From: Octopus vulgaris
Taxonomy: Eukaryota
DNA: 64,000 nt
Reading direction: 5' to 3'
Assembly (NCBI GenBank): GCA_951406725.2
Contig: OX597815.1
Span: 62,682,001 to 62,746,000, forward strand
Below the pieces are notes generated by a model that was not told where the DNA came from, made no database searches, and saw nothing but the letters and a program-made list of their open reading frames with translations. Below are positions 41,105 through 55,261 of this stretch, one piece after another. The translations under genes and the position numbers were made by a program. The first letter of the stretch is position 1; every line of letters begins with the position of its first letter.

Positions 41105-41800
41105 ATTCTTTTACTCTTTTATTCTTTTACTTGATTCAGTCATTTGCCTGCGGTCACCGCCTTTAGTATCGACCCCAGAACTTATTCTTTGTAAGCGTAG
41201 TACTTATGTTATCGGTCTCTTATGCCGAACCGCATACGTTCTGAGTTCAAATTCCGCCGAGGTCGACTTTACCTTTCATCCTTTCGGGGTCGATAAATTG
41301 AGTACTAGTTACGCACTGAGTTCGATGTAATCGACTTAATCCCTTTGTGCGTCCTTGTTTGTCCCCTCCATGTTTAGCTCCCTGTGGGCAATAAAGAAAT
41401 AAGAAACGTTAGCATGCCGGGTGAAATGCTTAGTGTTATTTCGTCTGTTTTTACGTTCTGAGTTCAAATGCTGTGGAGGCTGACTTTGCCTTTCATCCTT
41501 TCGGGTCGATAAATTAAGTACCAGTTGCGTACTAGGGTCAATATAATCGACTGGCCCCTCGATTATTTCGAGACCTTGTGCCTAGAGTAGAAAAGATTTA
41601 GGTGGCGATTTGGCAGAATCGTTACCGTACCAGGAGCAAAAACAACTTGCTTAGCGGCATTTCTTCCGACTTTACGATCTGAGTTCAAATTCCGCCCGAT
41701 TCGACTTCCTCTTTCGTCATTTCCAGGGCAATAAAATAAGTACCCTTTGAACGCTGGGGTCGATGTAATCAATATATCCCCTTCCCCGAAAATGCTGACT
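41105..41800. mobile_element. SINE cluster: family A tail (minus, 41105-41233) plus three head-to-tail family B copies (plus)
   Basis: TACGTTCTGAGTTCAAAT...GACTTT.CCTTTCATCCTTTCGGGGTCGATAAATT.AGTAC repeated at ~41236, ~41452 and ~41673; central segment resembles the MetaSINE domain. Confidence 0.82.
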
Positions 41801-41972
41801 TTTTGCTAAAATTTAAAACCAGTATTGTAATATTGTAATATAGAAATTGAATGTGAGTGGGAGGGATGAGGAGAAACTGAAGGCAGCAAAAATGAAAGAA
41901 AGAATAAAGGAAGGAGAGATAAAAAGAATCAAGCAACTGAGTGAGAATAGCAAGAAGAGAAATAAATTTGTG

Positions 41973-42015
<43 letters not shown>

Positions 42016-42812
42016 TGTGTGTGAATATGTTTGTGTGTGTGTGTGTGTGTGTGTGCATGCGTAGGTGCGTATGTGTGTGTGTGCCTGTATGTGAATAACA
42101 AGAAAATTTGGGGAAGACAGAAGAGTTAAGGCAATGTAGGAAACAAGGAAGAATACAAGAACGAAAATAGCAAAAGAAAAAGAAGAAAGAAGAGAAGAAA
42201 AGAAAGAGTGAGATTGAGTAAATAAGAGAAGAAAGTATGGAGTGGCGTTGGTGGAGGAGTTATGTGTGATCGCAAAGTGTTGCCTGAATCTAACAGCGGA
42301 GTCTATCTCTCAGTAAATCCTGTTTAATCCTTAAGTAGCCGTAGATAATCTCTCTAAGTCCCAACTGGACTGACAGCGTATGTATTTTGGTGGTAGTGGT
42401 AGTGGAGCTGATGAGGATGGTGGTGGTTATATACACAGTTGTAATGATAGTGGTGGTTGAGATTGATATGTAGTTGCCCCGTATTTACGGTTGTAGTGAT
42501 GGTTGTACAGATTGTAGCAGTTGTGGTGGTGGCGGTGTTGGTGGTTGTGGTGGTGGTGCTGGTGTTGCTGTTGTTGGTGGTGGTAGCGATAGTGATGATT
42601 TCGATAAGTGTTGAAATACATAGCATTGGCGGCGGCGGCAGCATTAGTGTTGTTGTCGGTGGTGGTGGTGGTGGTGGTGGTGGGTGGTGGTGGTAGTGGT
42701 ACTGTTGTTGTTGGTGGTGGTGATGGTACAAGTGCTGTTGCTGGTGGTAGTGTTGAGGATGTAGTAATATCATTTTCATTGGTAATGGTCGACGTTTTGT
42801 TGACTGAAATGA

Positions 42813-42853
<41 letters not shown>

Positions 42854-43123
42854 ATAGTAGTAGTAGAGGTTATATAATGGTACCGGAAGTAGTGTTTCTG
42901 TTTCATGCGTTCCATTTCGATTTAGAATTACAAGAAAATAATCATCAATTAAAGGGAGTCTCGAAAGTTCCACACATCTCAGAAGCCAGGAAGAATATAA
43001 ATTTAGACACGTTGCTTTATAATGATCATATATTCAAATATAAGTACATGCAAAAAGTACTACATAAAGTGTTTCTACATATTCAGTAGTCGTGCAACGC
43101 TGGGACTTCAGCTACTTCATATT

Positions 43124-43422
43124 TATCACCGTGATCACCGTGACCGACCACGCTATCAGATGTTGCAACACATCGCTGGTTACAATGCGCTTCGCATTGT
43201 TTTAGCCTTCAAATGACGCCATCCCGCTGGCTAAGTGAGCAGGCCAACAGAAGAAAGAGTGAGAGAAAGTTGTGGCGAAAGAGTACAGCAAGGATCGCCA
43301 CCTCCCCTGCCAGAGCCTCGTGGAGCTTTAAGTGTTTTCGCTCAATAAACACTCACAATAGCCGGTCTGGGAATCGAAACTGCGATCCTGCTGCCCTAAC
43401 CACTGGGCCATTGCACCTCCAC
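43124..43422 (-). mobile_element. tRNA-derived SINE, family C
   Basis: Minus head GTGGAGGTGCAATGGCCCAGTGGTTAGG...GTTTCGATTCCC (A/B boxes); tail (CACGGTGAT)2. Confidence 0.8.
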
Positions 43423-45099
43423 ACTTTATATATATACATGAACAGGAATATATACATAACATATTCGGTTTCACGGAAAAACAGCCAAATCAACTGACGC
43501 GGATTCTCCGAATTCACTCTGTTAGTGACACAGTGAAGTTTTGTAAGACATTCCAAAGATTCTCCTTCTCAAATCTTTTAAGTGAAGAGATACACACACA
43601 CTTGGGTGTATGCATCGACAAGCATACCAACTCAACCACATATTTACAAACACCGAAAACTATCTTAATTCAAAAAGTCTTGTTCCTCTTTGTATTGTCG
43701 CTAAAAGTAACACACGTACATACGCACACGCACACTCTCTATCTCACACACACACATACTCGAAGCGACAAGTCGCTTATTTGGCGTGGGAGACTATCGA
43801 GATACAATGAATACTATCTCCAGCTTTGAATCCACAACTATCAGTCCTGTTAGATAACTCGTTAATGATGAATTAACTGAGGGAGCCTTTTATTCAAGAT
43901 CGTAAGGATTTTCGAATGAAACTTGACTTTCCCATATAGGGAGTCACTACAAACAACATGGCTGGACAACACAACTGAAGAACAGAATGAAAACAGCTTA
44001 AGAGGATCTCCAAATACTGCACACATACATTCCTACATACTAAAATACACTATTGATGTTGATGAAATTACAGTGAAGCCTTGGGGCTAGGTTAGAAACT
44101 AGCTCTTTGCCTATTAGCAAGGGATCTTGAAATAAAACTAAATAGTAGTTTACATACATATATGCATTCGCTCAATAACACATATAACAGAAGTTGACTC
44201 GACATCGTATAACTGAAGGTTTCGTGCACAGAAAATACATCTAAATCATCATGTGTGAAGAGAATTTAAGGTAGGAATATATAGGTCTCCATTGGTCAGT
44301 TCAGATTAAGGTAGTTCCCTAGCTAATTAGCGACAATATCTATTTCATTACATGCACTAAGTTGTAGACGGACACCATTTTGGTGTCATTTAGTTAGCAT
44401 TGTGTAATGTGCAGCATTACAGCGACAACTGATAATACATGGTAAATTTACATGTTTAGTGGAGTCAGCTGGCTTATTAGAGACTACATCACAAACCTGG
44501 GGTAGACCATAGTTATATATGTTGATTAAGAAATAATTTCACAGCCAGCAGGTTTATATTCGCTACAGTTGTGTACGGACCAACCACGCCTAGGGAGGTA
44601 TATCCATGTTATCAGTGACTAATGTCTTAATGTTTACTGATGGACGCAACTTTGGGGACAACAATAGTGTAGTTCGATTTTCTTATTGATAGATACAGTC
44701 GTTTATCACTGAGATAGTGTTGGCAATTACCAGCTATAGGTGAGTATGAATGGCATTCATAAGCTATTCCATATGATGTTGGAATAGGAAATTATTTTTT
44801 AATAATGGTACAGGGAGGTGAATCGCCTTTTGTCACTGCGCCTGAAACAGTACGTGTTGGGTGTCTCTTGTTACCATTGAATGGTGTGAGGCGATCTATT
44901 TAGGCCACAGCCTTCGAGTAGTAGGATTCTCCCAGTGAAGACTATGTGGGTACATAATTGCTTATGTTGAAGCGTGAAAATTTCGAAGCGATAGTATCTA
45001 AGATTGAGTAGCTGAGTGTTTGTGATACCCATGAGCTTTGTGGAAACACTATTTGGACTAAGCTCCTGGTTATATAAGTGGGTGCATCTAGACTGAATG

Positions 45100-45252
45100 G
45101 AATCCGTCTAGCAAATCCATTCATAAGGCTTTGGTCGGCCCGAGGCTATAGTAGAAGACACTTGTCCAAGGTGCTACGCAGTGAGACTGAACCCGGAACC
45201 ATGTGGCTGATAAGCAAGCTACTTACCACACAGTCACTCCACTCTTGCGCCT
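45100..45252 (-). mobile_element. SINE family A head half
   Basis: Matches 863-1010 in reverse. Confidence 0.85.
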
Positions 45253-45363
45253 TATAAATACAATATAGATACATATGTGTGTGTGTATGTGTACATACAT
45301 ACACACACACACACATACATACGTACATACATACATACATACATACATACATACATACATACA

Positions 45364-45399
<36 letters not shown>

Positions 45400-46458
45400 C
45401 ATATATTAGTAAAATAATATATATATTTCATGTCTCTATATTGTATTTATAAGACGCAGAATGAAAACGGAACTTTGCCAAATACACAACATATACAAGT
45501 AACATTATCTCTGTATATTGTCTTCATTATTTTATTTAGCAATGTCGGCCGATGGCAAATTGCATAGAGCGGTTATCTAAATGTCATAGTTTCTAGTTAT
45601 CTCCCTTGTTTATCGTTGCATTCAAACCCCTAGGGTTTCAAGTTCTATTTCAACCACCCTTGGGTGAATAAGTACGAGCGATATATGTAGCTTGATAAAG
45701 GCCACAACACCTGTCCACATAATTCCATTTGAATGACTGACAACGGAAATACTCTGTAACTAATTACGCTCTACTATGAATATTTTACATCATTTTTGTG
45801 CACAGGTTGCAACAATATTTACGCTGCTGTTTATACTTTCCTACGTAGGGACGTAAAAATGTAAGGACCAGTCCGGTACCATGGATTTTACTGCTTTTAC
45901 TGCACCTCATAGAATTAGAAAAATTATAATTTATATATATATATATTCACGCATACATACATACATGCATACACACAACACACACACACACCTATATTGA
46001 CAGGATCCAATAGAATCGATGTATTTTAATAAGGACATCAAACGGCCGAGAGCAGCGTATCCATGTATCAACAGTATATGTAGACATTTAAGTACTTGGT
46101 AATGTATATCTAGACTTGTCCTACCTTTTACACATACATGCAAATACACAGATACATATACTCATCAATATATAAGTACTCATGTCTGTAAAATCACGTA
46201 CAGGCATACACCGACATGTACTCCTCGTTTCACTGTAAACTCCACATCCAACGTAGAGAGGGTTTCGAGTGTGTGTAGTATAAATAAAGAAATAAATGGG
46301 CTTAAATTCCCTACAGCTGTTTCAGACTGGCTTTTTATTGATGTAATTGATTTGCTTATCAATACAAAATGCGTCTGAAACAGTTGTAATGAGCCTCAAC
46401 TCATTTATGGTATTATTTACGCGCGCGCGCGCACACACACGAATCTGTGTGTGTATAT

Positions 46459-46510
<52 letters not shown>

Positions 46511-47033
46511 CATTTATATATAAAAATATATATATATATATATACATATATAAATACATGCATACATACATACATACACACATACATACATACATACATA
46601 CATACATACATACATACATACATACATACATACATACATACATGCATACATACATACATGGGAGATAACTCAAAGTAGCTATTGCGTGTATTTGAAGAAC
46701 AAAGATCAGAAGGCTATATTAGATGAAATACAAAATAGCGTTTTGATTTATTGTAAATGTTCCTGCTACCAAAGAACATAGATACAATCGTTTTGGTAGC
46801 ATTTTGTGACAACGTGAAACGGGAAGGGAAAATTATCTGAAAAAAATATAATCTCAACAACTGAGATGCTGTTAAGGAAAGAATAGTATAATTATGTGAA
46901 AAGAAAGGAGTTGTTTACACGCGTTTCTCCCCAATAGACATCATCAGCACAGCATATATCCTTCTTTATTTTCGTAGAAGGGGAGACAGAACACAGACAC
47001 AAACACACACACATACACACATACGTATATCCA

Positions 47034-47071
<38 letters not shown>

Positions 47072-47256
47072 ACCCTACACTATCGCATGCACATATTCTT
47101 CATTCAATAACTGTGTTGTTTTAATAATCTTAGCTATTGGCTATATTGTCATAACACGTAAATGGAATAACATGTTTTTTTGTAAATGAACGTATGCTTG
47201 TATACATGTCTAGGTATACGTGAATGTATGTATGCAAGTATGTACGTGTTTATATA

Positions 47257-47314
<58 letters not shown>

Positions 47315-48251
47315 CATACATATGATGGTGCATGCGTGTATGTATGCATGAATGTATGGGTTTATATATGTGTGCCTTTATGTTTATATATATACATATA
47401 TATATATATATATGCTTGAATAAATCCATGACTGTATGTTTACGTGTGACGGTATATATATTACATGACACACACAGAAACATATACACATGCATATACA
47501 TATATGCATATACATATATACATGTACATTTACAAATATATGCATATGTGCATCCTACTGTGTCTCAATGTGTTTGTATGTGGGAGTGAAAAGTTCGTTT
47601 CTGAAATTCTACAGCTTATTTTAGTCTTGTTATATTTTCCCTCTGGACAGAATCGCTCTAAGTATCTCAGTACTCACCAAAGACATCTATTTTCTGCAGC
47701 TCTTGGATTAAGGGATGCCTAGGGACGATGTTTATTTTCTTGTCCGCTCGTACAATTATCTATTTATCTATTTATTTATTTGCTTATTTATTATTTCATG
47801 ACTCTTAGATATAAACTGAAAGGAACTGCACGTAAAAAATAACAGATACTGAGTGTGGATCGGTGCTCGAACTCACACATTTAAAAACTGAGTTACCGTT
47901 TTCATTGCGTATTCGAAGATTTTATTCAGGGTAACAGGCTTTCCGCCATATCAGTGAATATATTATTTACAATTGTCTATAGCACGGAACGACGCATTTC
48001 GTTTAGGCATGTGAGTCGTGAGAGAACATCATTGACAAGGTCAAAAAGGGTCGAAGCCTGTCTATTGTTCTCATGAGTCAATATTGGGACGATATTCTCC
48101 CTGCGACATACTGTACTTTAACGCAGAATTACAATGAAGTAATTTCGTATCAAACAAAATTTAGAGTATCATTCATTTGAACGGTGTGTATTAGTTAAGT
48201 ATGACACATAGATGGCTACTTAGATCTAATATCGTTTTAATTGAGTACACC

Positions 48252-48371
<120 letters not shown>

Positions 48372-48457
48372 CTATGTATATATATATATATTCAGTTCGT
48401 TTATCCTTTTATACATGTCAACTATACAGCTGCAGCCATGCTGGAACACCACTGTGG

Positions 48458-48567
<110 letters not shown>

Positions 48568-48592
48568 CAGACAGACAGACAGACAGACAGAC

Positions 48593-48781
<189 letters not shown>

Positions 48782-48782
48782 T

Positions 48783-49095
48783 GTATCTTTTATCTTTCAT
48801 TTATTTCAGTCATTAGACTACGACTATATTGAAGCACCGTCTCGAAGAATTTTACTCGAACGAGTCGAACCTAGTACTTATATTTTTAAAAGCCTGATAC
48901 AAAATCTATCGTTCCCCTTTGACGATCTGCTAAGCTACAGAGACATAAAAACATCAACACAGGTTATCAAATGGTGGTGGTGGGGTAACAAATACAAACA
49001 CAAACACTTACATAAACAATGGATTTCTTTCAGTTTCCGTCTACCAAATCCATTCGCAATGCTTTTGTCGGCCTGAGGCTAGAGTTGAAGGCAGT
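48783..49095 (-). mobile_element. SINE family A, head-truncated copy
   Basis: Tail and central segments recognisable. Confidence 0.75.
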
Positions 49096-49410
49096 TGTGA
49101 TACATCCTCTATAGATCAATTTTTGTTGTTACAGTTGCAGTTCCATTATCCAAGGAAAGTGCTGTTTAGAATGGGTAGAAATGCTTCTTGTCCATGGTAT
49201 ATAGATTCCGATAGATCATATTTTGCTATTAAAAAGCAATAACAAAAGGAATGATACTGTAATTTTTGGTGCAACTGTAACATTCTACATATAATTTTAC
49301 TTTTATTTTTTATTCTCTTATTTCCCTATATACTTCCTATATCCATCGTTTTCCAAAATAACTCCTTATATTGAACTCTACTATTTCCCTCTAGTTAACT
49401 CTCTCATATC

Positions 49411-49458
49411 GTCTTTGATGAAGAGATATCCCTAATATTACAGAAACAGCTGTAAGAC
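49411..49458 (+). ncRNA. Hammerhead-like motif (C3U core UUGAUGA)
   Basis: GTCT-TTGATGA-agaGATAT-cccta-ATATTaca-GAAA-CAGCTG-TA-AGAC; stems I and III are perfect, the base of stem II is degraded. Confidence 0.6.
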
Positions 49459-49878
49459 TACTTTCTAACTCTCTCTTTATAAATGTCCTATAATCTGGAC
49501 ATAGACCAGATAATCACACTATTTGGAGAAATCTAGTAAGTCAATGTCAACCTGAAAATATTATATAGATTAACAGCCAATTGATTGATTATTTTTTTAT
49601 TGATTGAATACGTGTTGGATTTTATTCCTTCATTCATAGACTTATTTGCTGAGTCGTTGAGGGGATATTGATGGGGCAATTTAGTTCGTTTGTGAATGAA
49701 TAAGTAGAAATACTGAGTATTGAGCTGGTTGAGGGATAGAGTGAAGGATTGAACAAATTGATGTCTGAGCGACTGACTTCTTGAACATTCCAGTAATTCA
49801 TTCACTGAATGAATGGGAGTGTTACTGCATGAGTGCTTGAGTTTCTGGGTGATTAAGATACCAGTCGACTATTTAAAT

Positions 49879-50142
49879 CAGTGGACCCTTTTGATTTTAT
49901 CCTAGTAAACCCTCATAGCCATACAATGTTCAAAAACCAGTTTTATAGATTCCAATTTTGTTTATCACACATTCCTTTGTATAGATTGGACATTAAAGAA
50001 AGAAGCGTAGTTGTTAGATGCTGCAAAGAAATCTACATCAAAATTTTCTCACAGACCCATGGAATACTACAATGGATGCACTTTACTATTTTGCTCGTAT
50101 GGATCCCAAAAATCTCATATGGACCCCGGTTGAGAACCACTG
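49879..50142. mobile_element. hAT (Charlie-like) MITE
   Basis: Ends CAGTGG... / ...GGTTGAGAACCACTG; 8-bp flanks ATTTAAAT / GCTTAAAT match 6/8; left TIR partly deleted. Confidence 0.65.
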
Positions 50143-50272
50143 GCTTAAATGATTATGCGTGGAGTGTATACCTCATTGGGTTTCTGAATGAATAAACAGG
50201 AATATGAGTGGTTGTGGGAGTGGGGAGGTGAATTTGATTTTGGTTTTTTAAATAGCTGAATATCATTTGAGT

Positions 50273-50330
<58 letters not shown>

Positions 50331-51673
50331 CGTGCGTGCGTGTGTGTGTCCGCACGTAAGTCACCAATTCACTCATTCAGTAAGTTGAATGAGCAGATGA
50401 ATGAAAAAGAATGGCGAGAAGGAGTGCTTGAAAATCTGGAAAAGAAAACCGAACTGCAAATTGACGAATTGACTCCCTAATTGATAAATGAGCTGACTGA
50501 GAAACCAACTGCGCGAAATATTTGAGCACTAGCTTGTGTAAATATCTGACCGCTTTACGAACCACTGAAACACTGGCTGAGTACTTGACTCAGTGACTTC
50601 AGTAGTAGTGGGAGTAATCGAGGACCGATGAATGAGTGAATGCGTAAGTGATGAAATACCTGATTAAAGGATTCAAAAAGTGGATTAAGCGACACAGGGA
50701 TGGGACTGATGAATAATTGTTTTTATAATTGAACGATTGATTTCATGTTTGATGCACTGAGTAACTGATTTTGTGATTAATTGATTAATTGATCTATCAA
50801 TTGCATGATTGATTGATCGAGCGATTAATTGATTGTTTGGTTAATTGATAGACTGTCTGATAAACTCAGTAGATTATTTACTGATTTACTGAAAGAGTGA
50901 TTCAGTGCAATATGAAAGAAGAGCTTGATTAGCAGGATTAATGAATTGTTGAGCAATGAATGATTAATTGGACGAATTACAAAGTGGACGAAATTAGAAG
51001 CTCATTGGTAGACTTGGGTTACATGCAAACTGAGTTGATCGTGAAGTGATATGTTAAGTGAATGAGTGACTGACAAAATAAAATGATTGACTGAGTAACG
51101 CCGAGTAGTAGACTTGTAAATAATATATATACATGCATACAAATACATACACACACACACACCTAGACATAGACACACATACATACATACATAATGGAAA
51201 AGACGGGGAGCAAGTCAGAGGAGAAGAAAGGTTTAAAAGATTGAGTCGGTAATAGGCATGCATACACAACTGCACATACACACATACATAAATGTATGCA
51301 CACACACATATATCGAAATGGAGAGAGGGGGATAGGGACAGTGGGAAGGGAGTAAGAAATGATTACATAATGGTTAAGTAAACTAGATAAGCCGAAATGG
51401 TTCGGCGAGAAAGAGAAAAAGGAGGGGAAGTAAAATAAAGAAAGAAAAGAGAGAGAGTAGAGAGAGTAGAGAGAGAGAGAGAGAGAGTGTGTGTGTAAGA
51501 TAAATAGATAGGCCCACATATATTTGTATAACATCTATACACCTACTGATAAAGGAACAGACGTATACATATACATACACACATATATACGTACACACGC
51601 ATATACACACAAATACATGCACACATAAAAACTAAATAAATAGAGTCAATATATATATATATATATACATACA

Positions 51674-51752
<79 letters not shown>

Positions 51753-51781
51753 TCATATATATATGCATATATATGTATTCA

Positions 51782-51816
<35 letters not shown>

Positions 51817-51818
51817 GT

Positions 51819-51885
<67 letters not shown>

Positions 51886-52139
51886 GGAACAGACGAGCAT
51901 GTCTGTAAAGGCTGTGAGCCAAACGTTTAAGTGTCCCAGAGGTGACGGGACAAGTTTTTTCTGCAATAGTTATAACAGGTGGCAGCCAGACTGCACTGGA
52001 ATGACATTGGTACTAGAAAGTATTCAAGTGTGTGTGTGCGTGCGTGCGTGTGTGTTTGTGTATGTATGGAGGGCTGTGTCTACGTGCATATACACAACCA
52101 CACATAAAATGTATGTAGATAATTATACATATATACATG

Positions 52140-52188
<49 letters not shown>

Positions 52189-52219
52189 ATATATATATAT
52201 ATTCTCTCATTTATATATG

Positions 52220-52276
<57 letters not shown>

Positions 52277-52974
52277 TTATACATCCGCACACGCACACAA
52301 TCATATGAATGCATATACACGCACATTCACACATACATATATATACGAGTATATGTGTGCGTATATATATATATATAATTATACGAATACACACATATGT
52401 CATAGTTTATGTAATTCAACTACCACCTCTCCATTTCGCCAAAATAACCTAATCTTCGATAAAGCAATATCTGACCAACCGACCAACCGACTACTCTACC
52501 ACCTGAATAACCGACCGTACGCTGCTTACCCAACCACTCAACATTCCTTTCCTCCACTATTTCAGGGCAGCTATGAGAAGTGCTATAATTTACACGTAAA
52601 ACACAATGCAAACAATCCTTATTGACACCTCACCCCACTTCCATCATATCTTAGATGTCTGTTTGTCCCCGAGACAGGGTTATGTTAACCAGTTATTGGA
52701 TCTTGTGGTGTTTGTCACTGTCTACAATTTTGTTCCAGTTGTTATCAAATTTGGATTAAGTTTTGTATACTAATTATGAGAATGAAATTCATTTTTCTTA
52801 TAAGTGCATAATTAAATAGTTATTAGCCTTTAAAATTTGCAAAATTTGGGTATTTTAGCTTCTCAGAAGTAAGTATTTTACACATCAACGTGGAGAAGAA
52901 TTCTGTTTCCATAATAACCAAAGATGCTGCGCATGCACCCAAGGAGTGTAACCGCCAAATTGAGACAATTAACA

Positions 52975-53742
52975 AATTGAGAGTACCAGGGCATCTTTAA
53001 AACGTACAAACAAACGCCGGTGTGGGATACACCGTTCCATGGTTGACTCTTACGTTTGTGAATTTAATTGGAGGAGATATGAGAAAGAGAATATATTTTA
53101 TATAATCATACAGTGTATTAAAAACTTTCGTTCTTGAATTTTTAAAAACTAATAAATGTCTGTTTTAAGCAATGTTTTGAATGTTATTTCTAGCAACTCC
53201 TGTTGGTTTGTTCGTAACTTTTAAATATTTACTTTGCTCGCGAATGTCTTTCACCGTTTTCACTGTTTACTTTGCTCGTATATATTTTGATGCTTTGACT
53301 GTTATTTCTAGCAATTCCTGTTGGTTTGTTCATAACTTTTAAATATTTAATTTGCCCGTGAATGTTTTAATGTTAACTTCGCTCGAGTATATTTTAATAG
53401 TTGACTGTTATTTCTAGCAACTCCTTTTGGTTTGTTCGTAGCTTTTAAATATTTAATTTGCTCGTAAATGCTTTCATGATTTTCATTTTACTGTAGCTAG
53501 TTTAATGTTTTGAAATGCCAATACCCCACCTACCTGATGATGGAAGAGGCAGCGAACGCGCTGTTTTCTGATTGGTCGAAAATTTTGAAAATTATCAAAT
53601 TTGAACAACTGTAACATATTTGCAAATTTTTTTTCTAGAATAAATGAATAGCAAATTCGGATTCGGCATCAAAAATTACATCTATATGATACATTGAAAC
53701 TTTTTTTAAGATAACAGTGACGAAAAGCACAAAGATCTCAAT
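52975..53742. mobile_element. Putative non-autonomous DNA element with three internal ~110-bp tandem units
   Basis: Short terminal IR AATTGAGA/TCTCAATT; unit TGTTATTTCTAGCAA.TCCT.TTGGTTTGTTC.TA.CTTTTAAATATTTA at ~53182, ~53300, ~53407. Confidence 0.5.
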
Positions 53743-53849
53743 TATATCTTAGTTCTCTCGCAGAAGGCGTGGCACTCAAAAGCATGGTTTCATACTGCTG
53801 CAGAGCTACGAAATACTTGCTTCAGTCTGTTAATTTTGGGGAGAGAGAG

Positions 53850-54030
53850 AGAGGGTTGATTAATTTTATCGACACCAGTATTTGATTGGTATTTTATTTC
53901 GATCAACTCCGAAAGAATAGAAGGCAAAGTCGATCTCGGTGACATTTGAACTCAGATCATAAAGAGCCGGAAGGAATCGCGCTAAACATTTTGTCCAGCA
54001 TGCTAACGATTATGCCAGCTCAACACCCTC
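53850..54030 (-). mobile_element. SINE family B copy
   Basis: GAAGGCAAAGTCGA..TCGG..ATTTGAACTCAGA...GCTAACGAT...GCCAGCTC. Confidence 0.75.
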
Positions 54031-54118
54031 AGCTCCAAGGAACAATACTAAAATAATAACAATAGCAACAACAACAAAATCAACAACCAAAACTACAACA
54101 ACAATAATAATAATAATA

Positions 54119-54560
54119 AATGCCCTGATGCAATACTAAGCATTGGCTCTCGTGGTTTCTGTTCTTAATTGATTGGTAGTGTTATCATGTACATATTTTA
54201 ATCCCGGTGTAAAAGATGAACTACAACAAATATTCTGCTTAATAACAACCTCTCAGTTGCTTGACCTCAAATAGTTTAGCATGTCTCTTGGTGACAAACG
54301 ATATGTGCATCTCTGATCAAAAGCAGAAGTAGTGAGGGAGCATCATAGCCATGAGTTGAGAGGAATTCTTTGGGGTTTGAATAATTCACCTCTGGGAACG
54401 GTGTTTCGTTCAACATCCTTAAGTAACGCTTATTCAAGAACCTTTTTTGCGGGATGGGCTACTCGACCTGAAGAAAATCCTAACTGGGCCCCACCTGCAA
54501 GGTCATGCGCTGGTTATCGGTAGTGCAGTGGAAGCACGTTAAAAAAATAAAACTACTGAA
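54119..54560. mobile_element. Unclassified ~440-bp insertion flanked on both sides by (AAT)n
   Basis: Sharp borders with AAT tracts and higher GC than the flanks; no coding signal. Confidence 0.4.
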
Positions 54561-54580
54561 TAATAATAATAATAAAAATA

Positions 54581-54654
<74 letters not shown>

Positions 54655-55261
54655 CAGAAGAAGAAGAAGAAGAAGAAGAAGAAGAAGAAGAAGAAGAAGA
54701 AGAAGAAGAAGAAGAAGAAGAAAATGAAGTAAGAGGGAAAGAAAGAAAGAAAATAAGAAGGGGAATTCGCGATTCAAAAAAAATTAAAGTAAAAATAGAA
54801 AGAAGAAAAGAACGAGAATAAAGTTAAAGTATATTTTCAACAACAATAATTATCACTGTAATTTGAGTAATTAAATAATAATCATAATTAGTAAAAATCA
54901 TTATTAAGATCAAGTCCATGTATAATAGAATATAATTGCAGTGAAATGTGAGGGCTTTCATGCCTTTCGTACAGTGAACGGTGTCATGAAGTGAAGCTTT
55001 TGCTACTAGCAGGACTCGAAACTTGGGTTCTTTACTCCCAAATTTAACACCAGATTAGTTCCGATCATTAGGATTCCAGCTATGACTATTTGCATGATAT
55101 TTTAATGTATTCCGTGTTTCGTGTACATTAGCAATTGTGTTTTAATTCTATGGTGCTTATATGAGGAAAATTTCGCTACAACTTCTGGGAGGTCAAGAGA
55201 TCTTGTCATTGACCATGTTATGTGCTAAGCTGTATAACATAACAGTAAAAACAACTACAAT

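Noticed and set aside
44058-44108. TTGATGA...GAAACTAG HHR-like spacing
   Set aside because: Stems I and II do not pair and there is no UH site
47985-48040. Minus-strand CGAAATGCGTC
   Set aside because: No recognisable CUGANGA or stems
53182-53460. Repeat-spacer look (CRISPR-like)
   Set aside because: Eukaryotic context; spacers resemble each other, so these are tandem units; no cas genes
53531-53560. CTGATGA...GAACGCG
   Set aside because: GAAA is absent and no stems form
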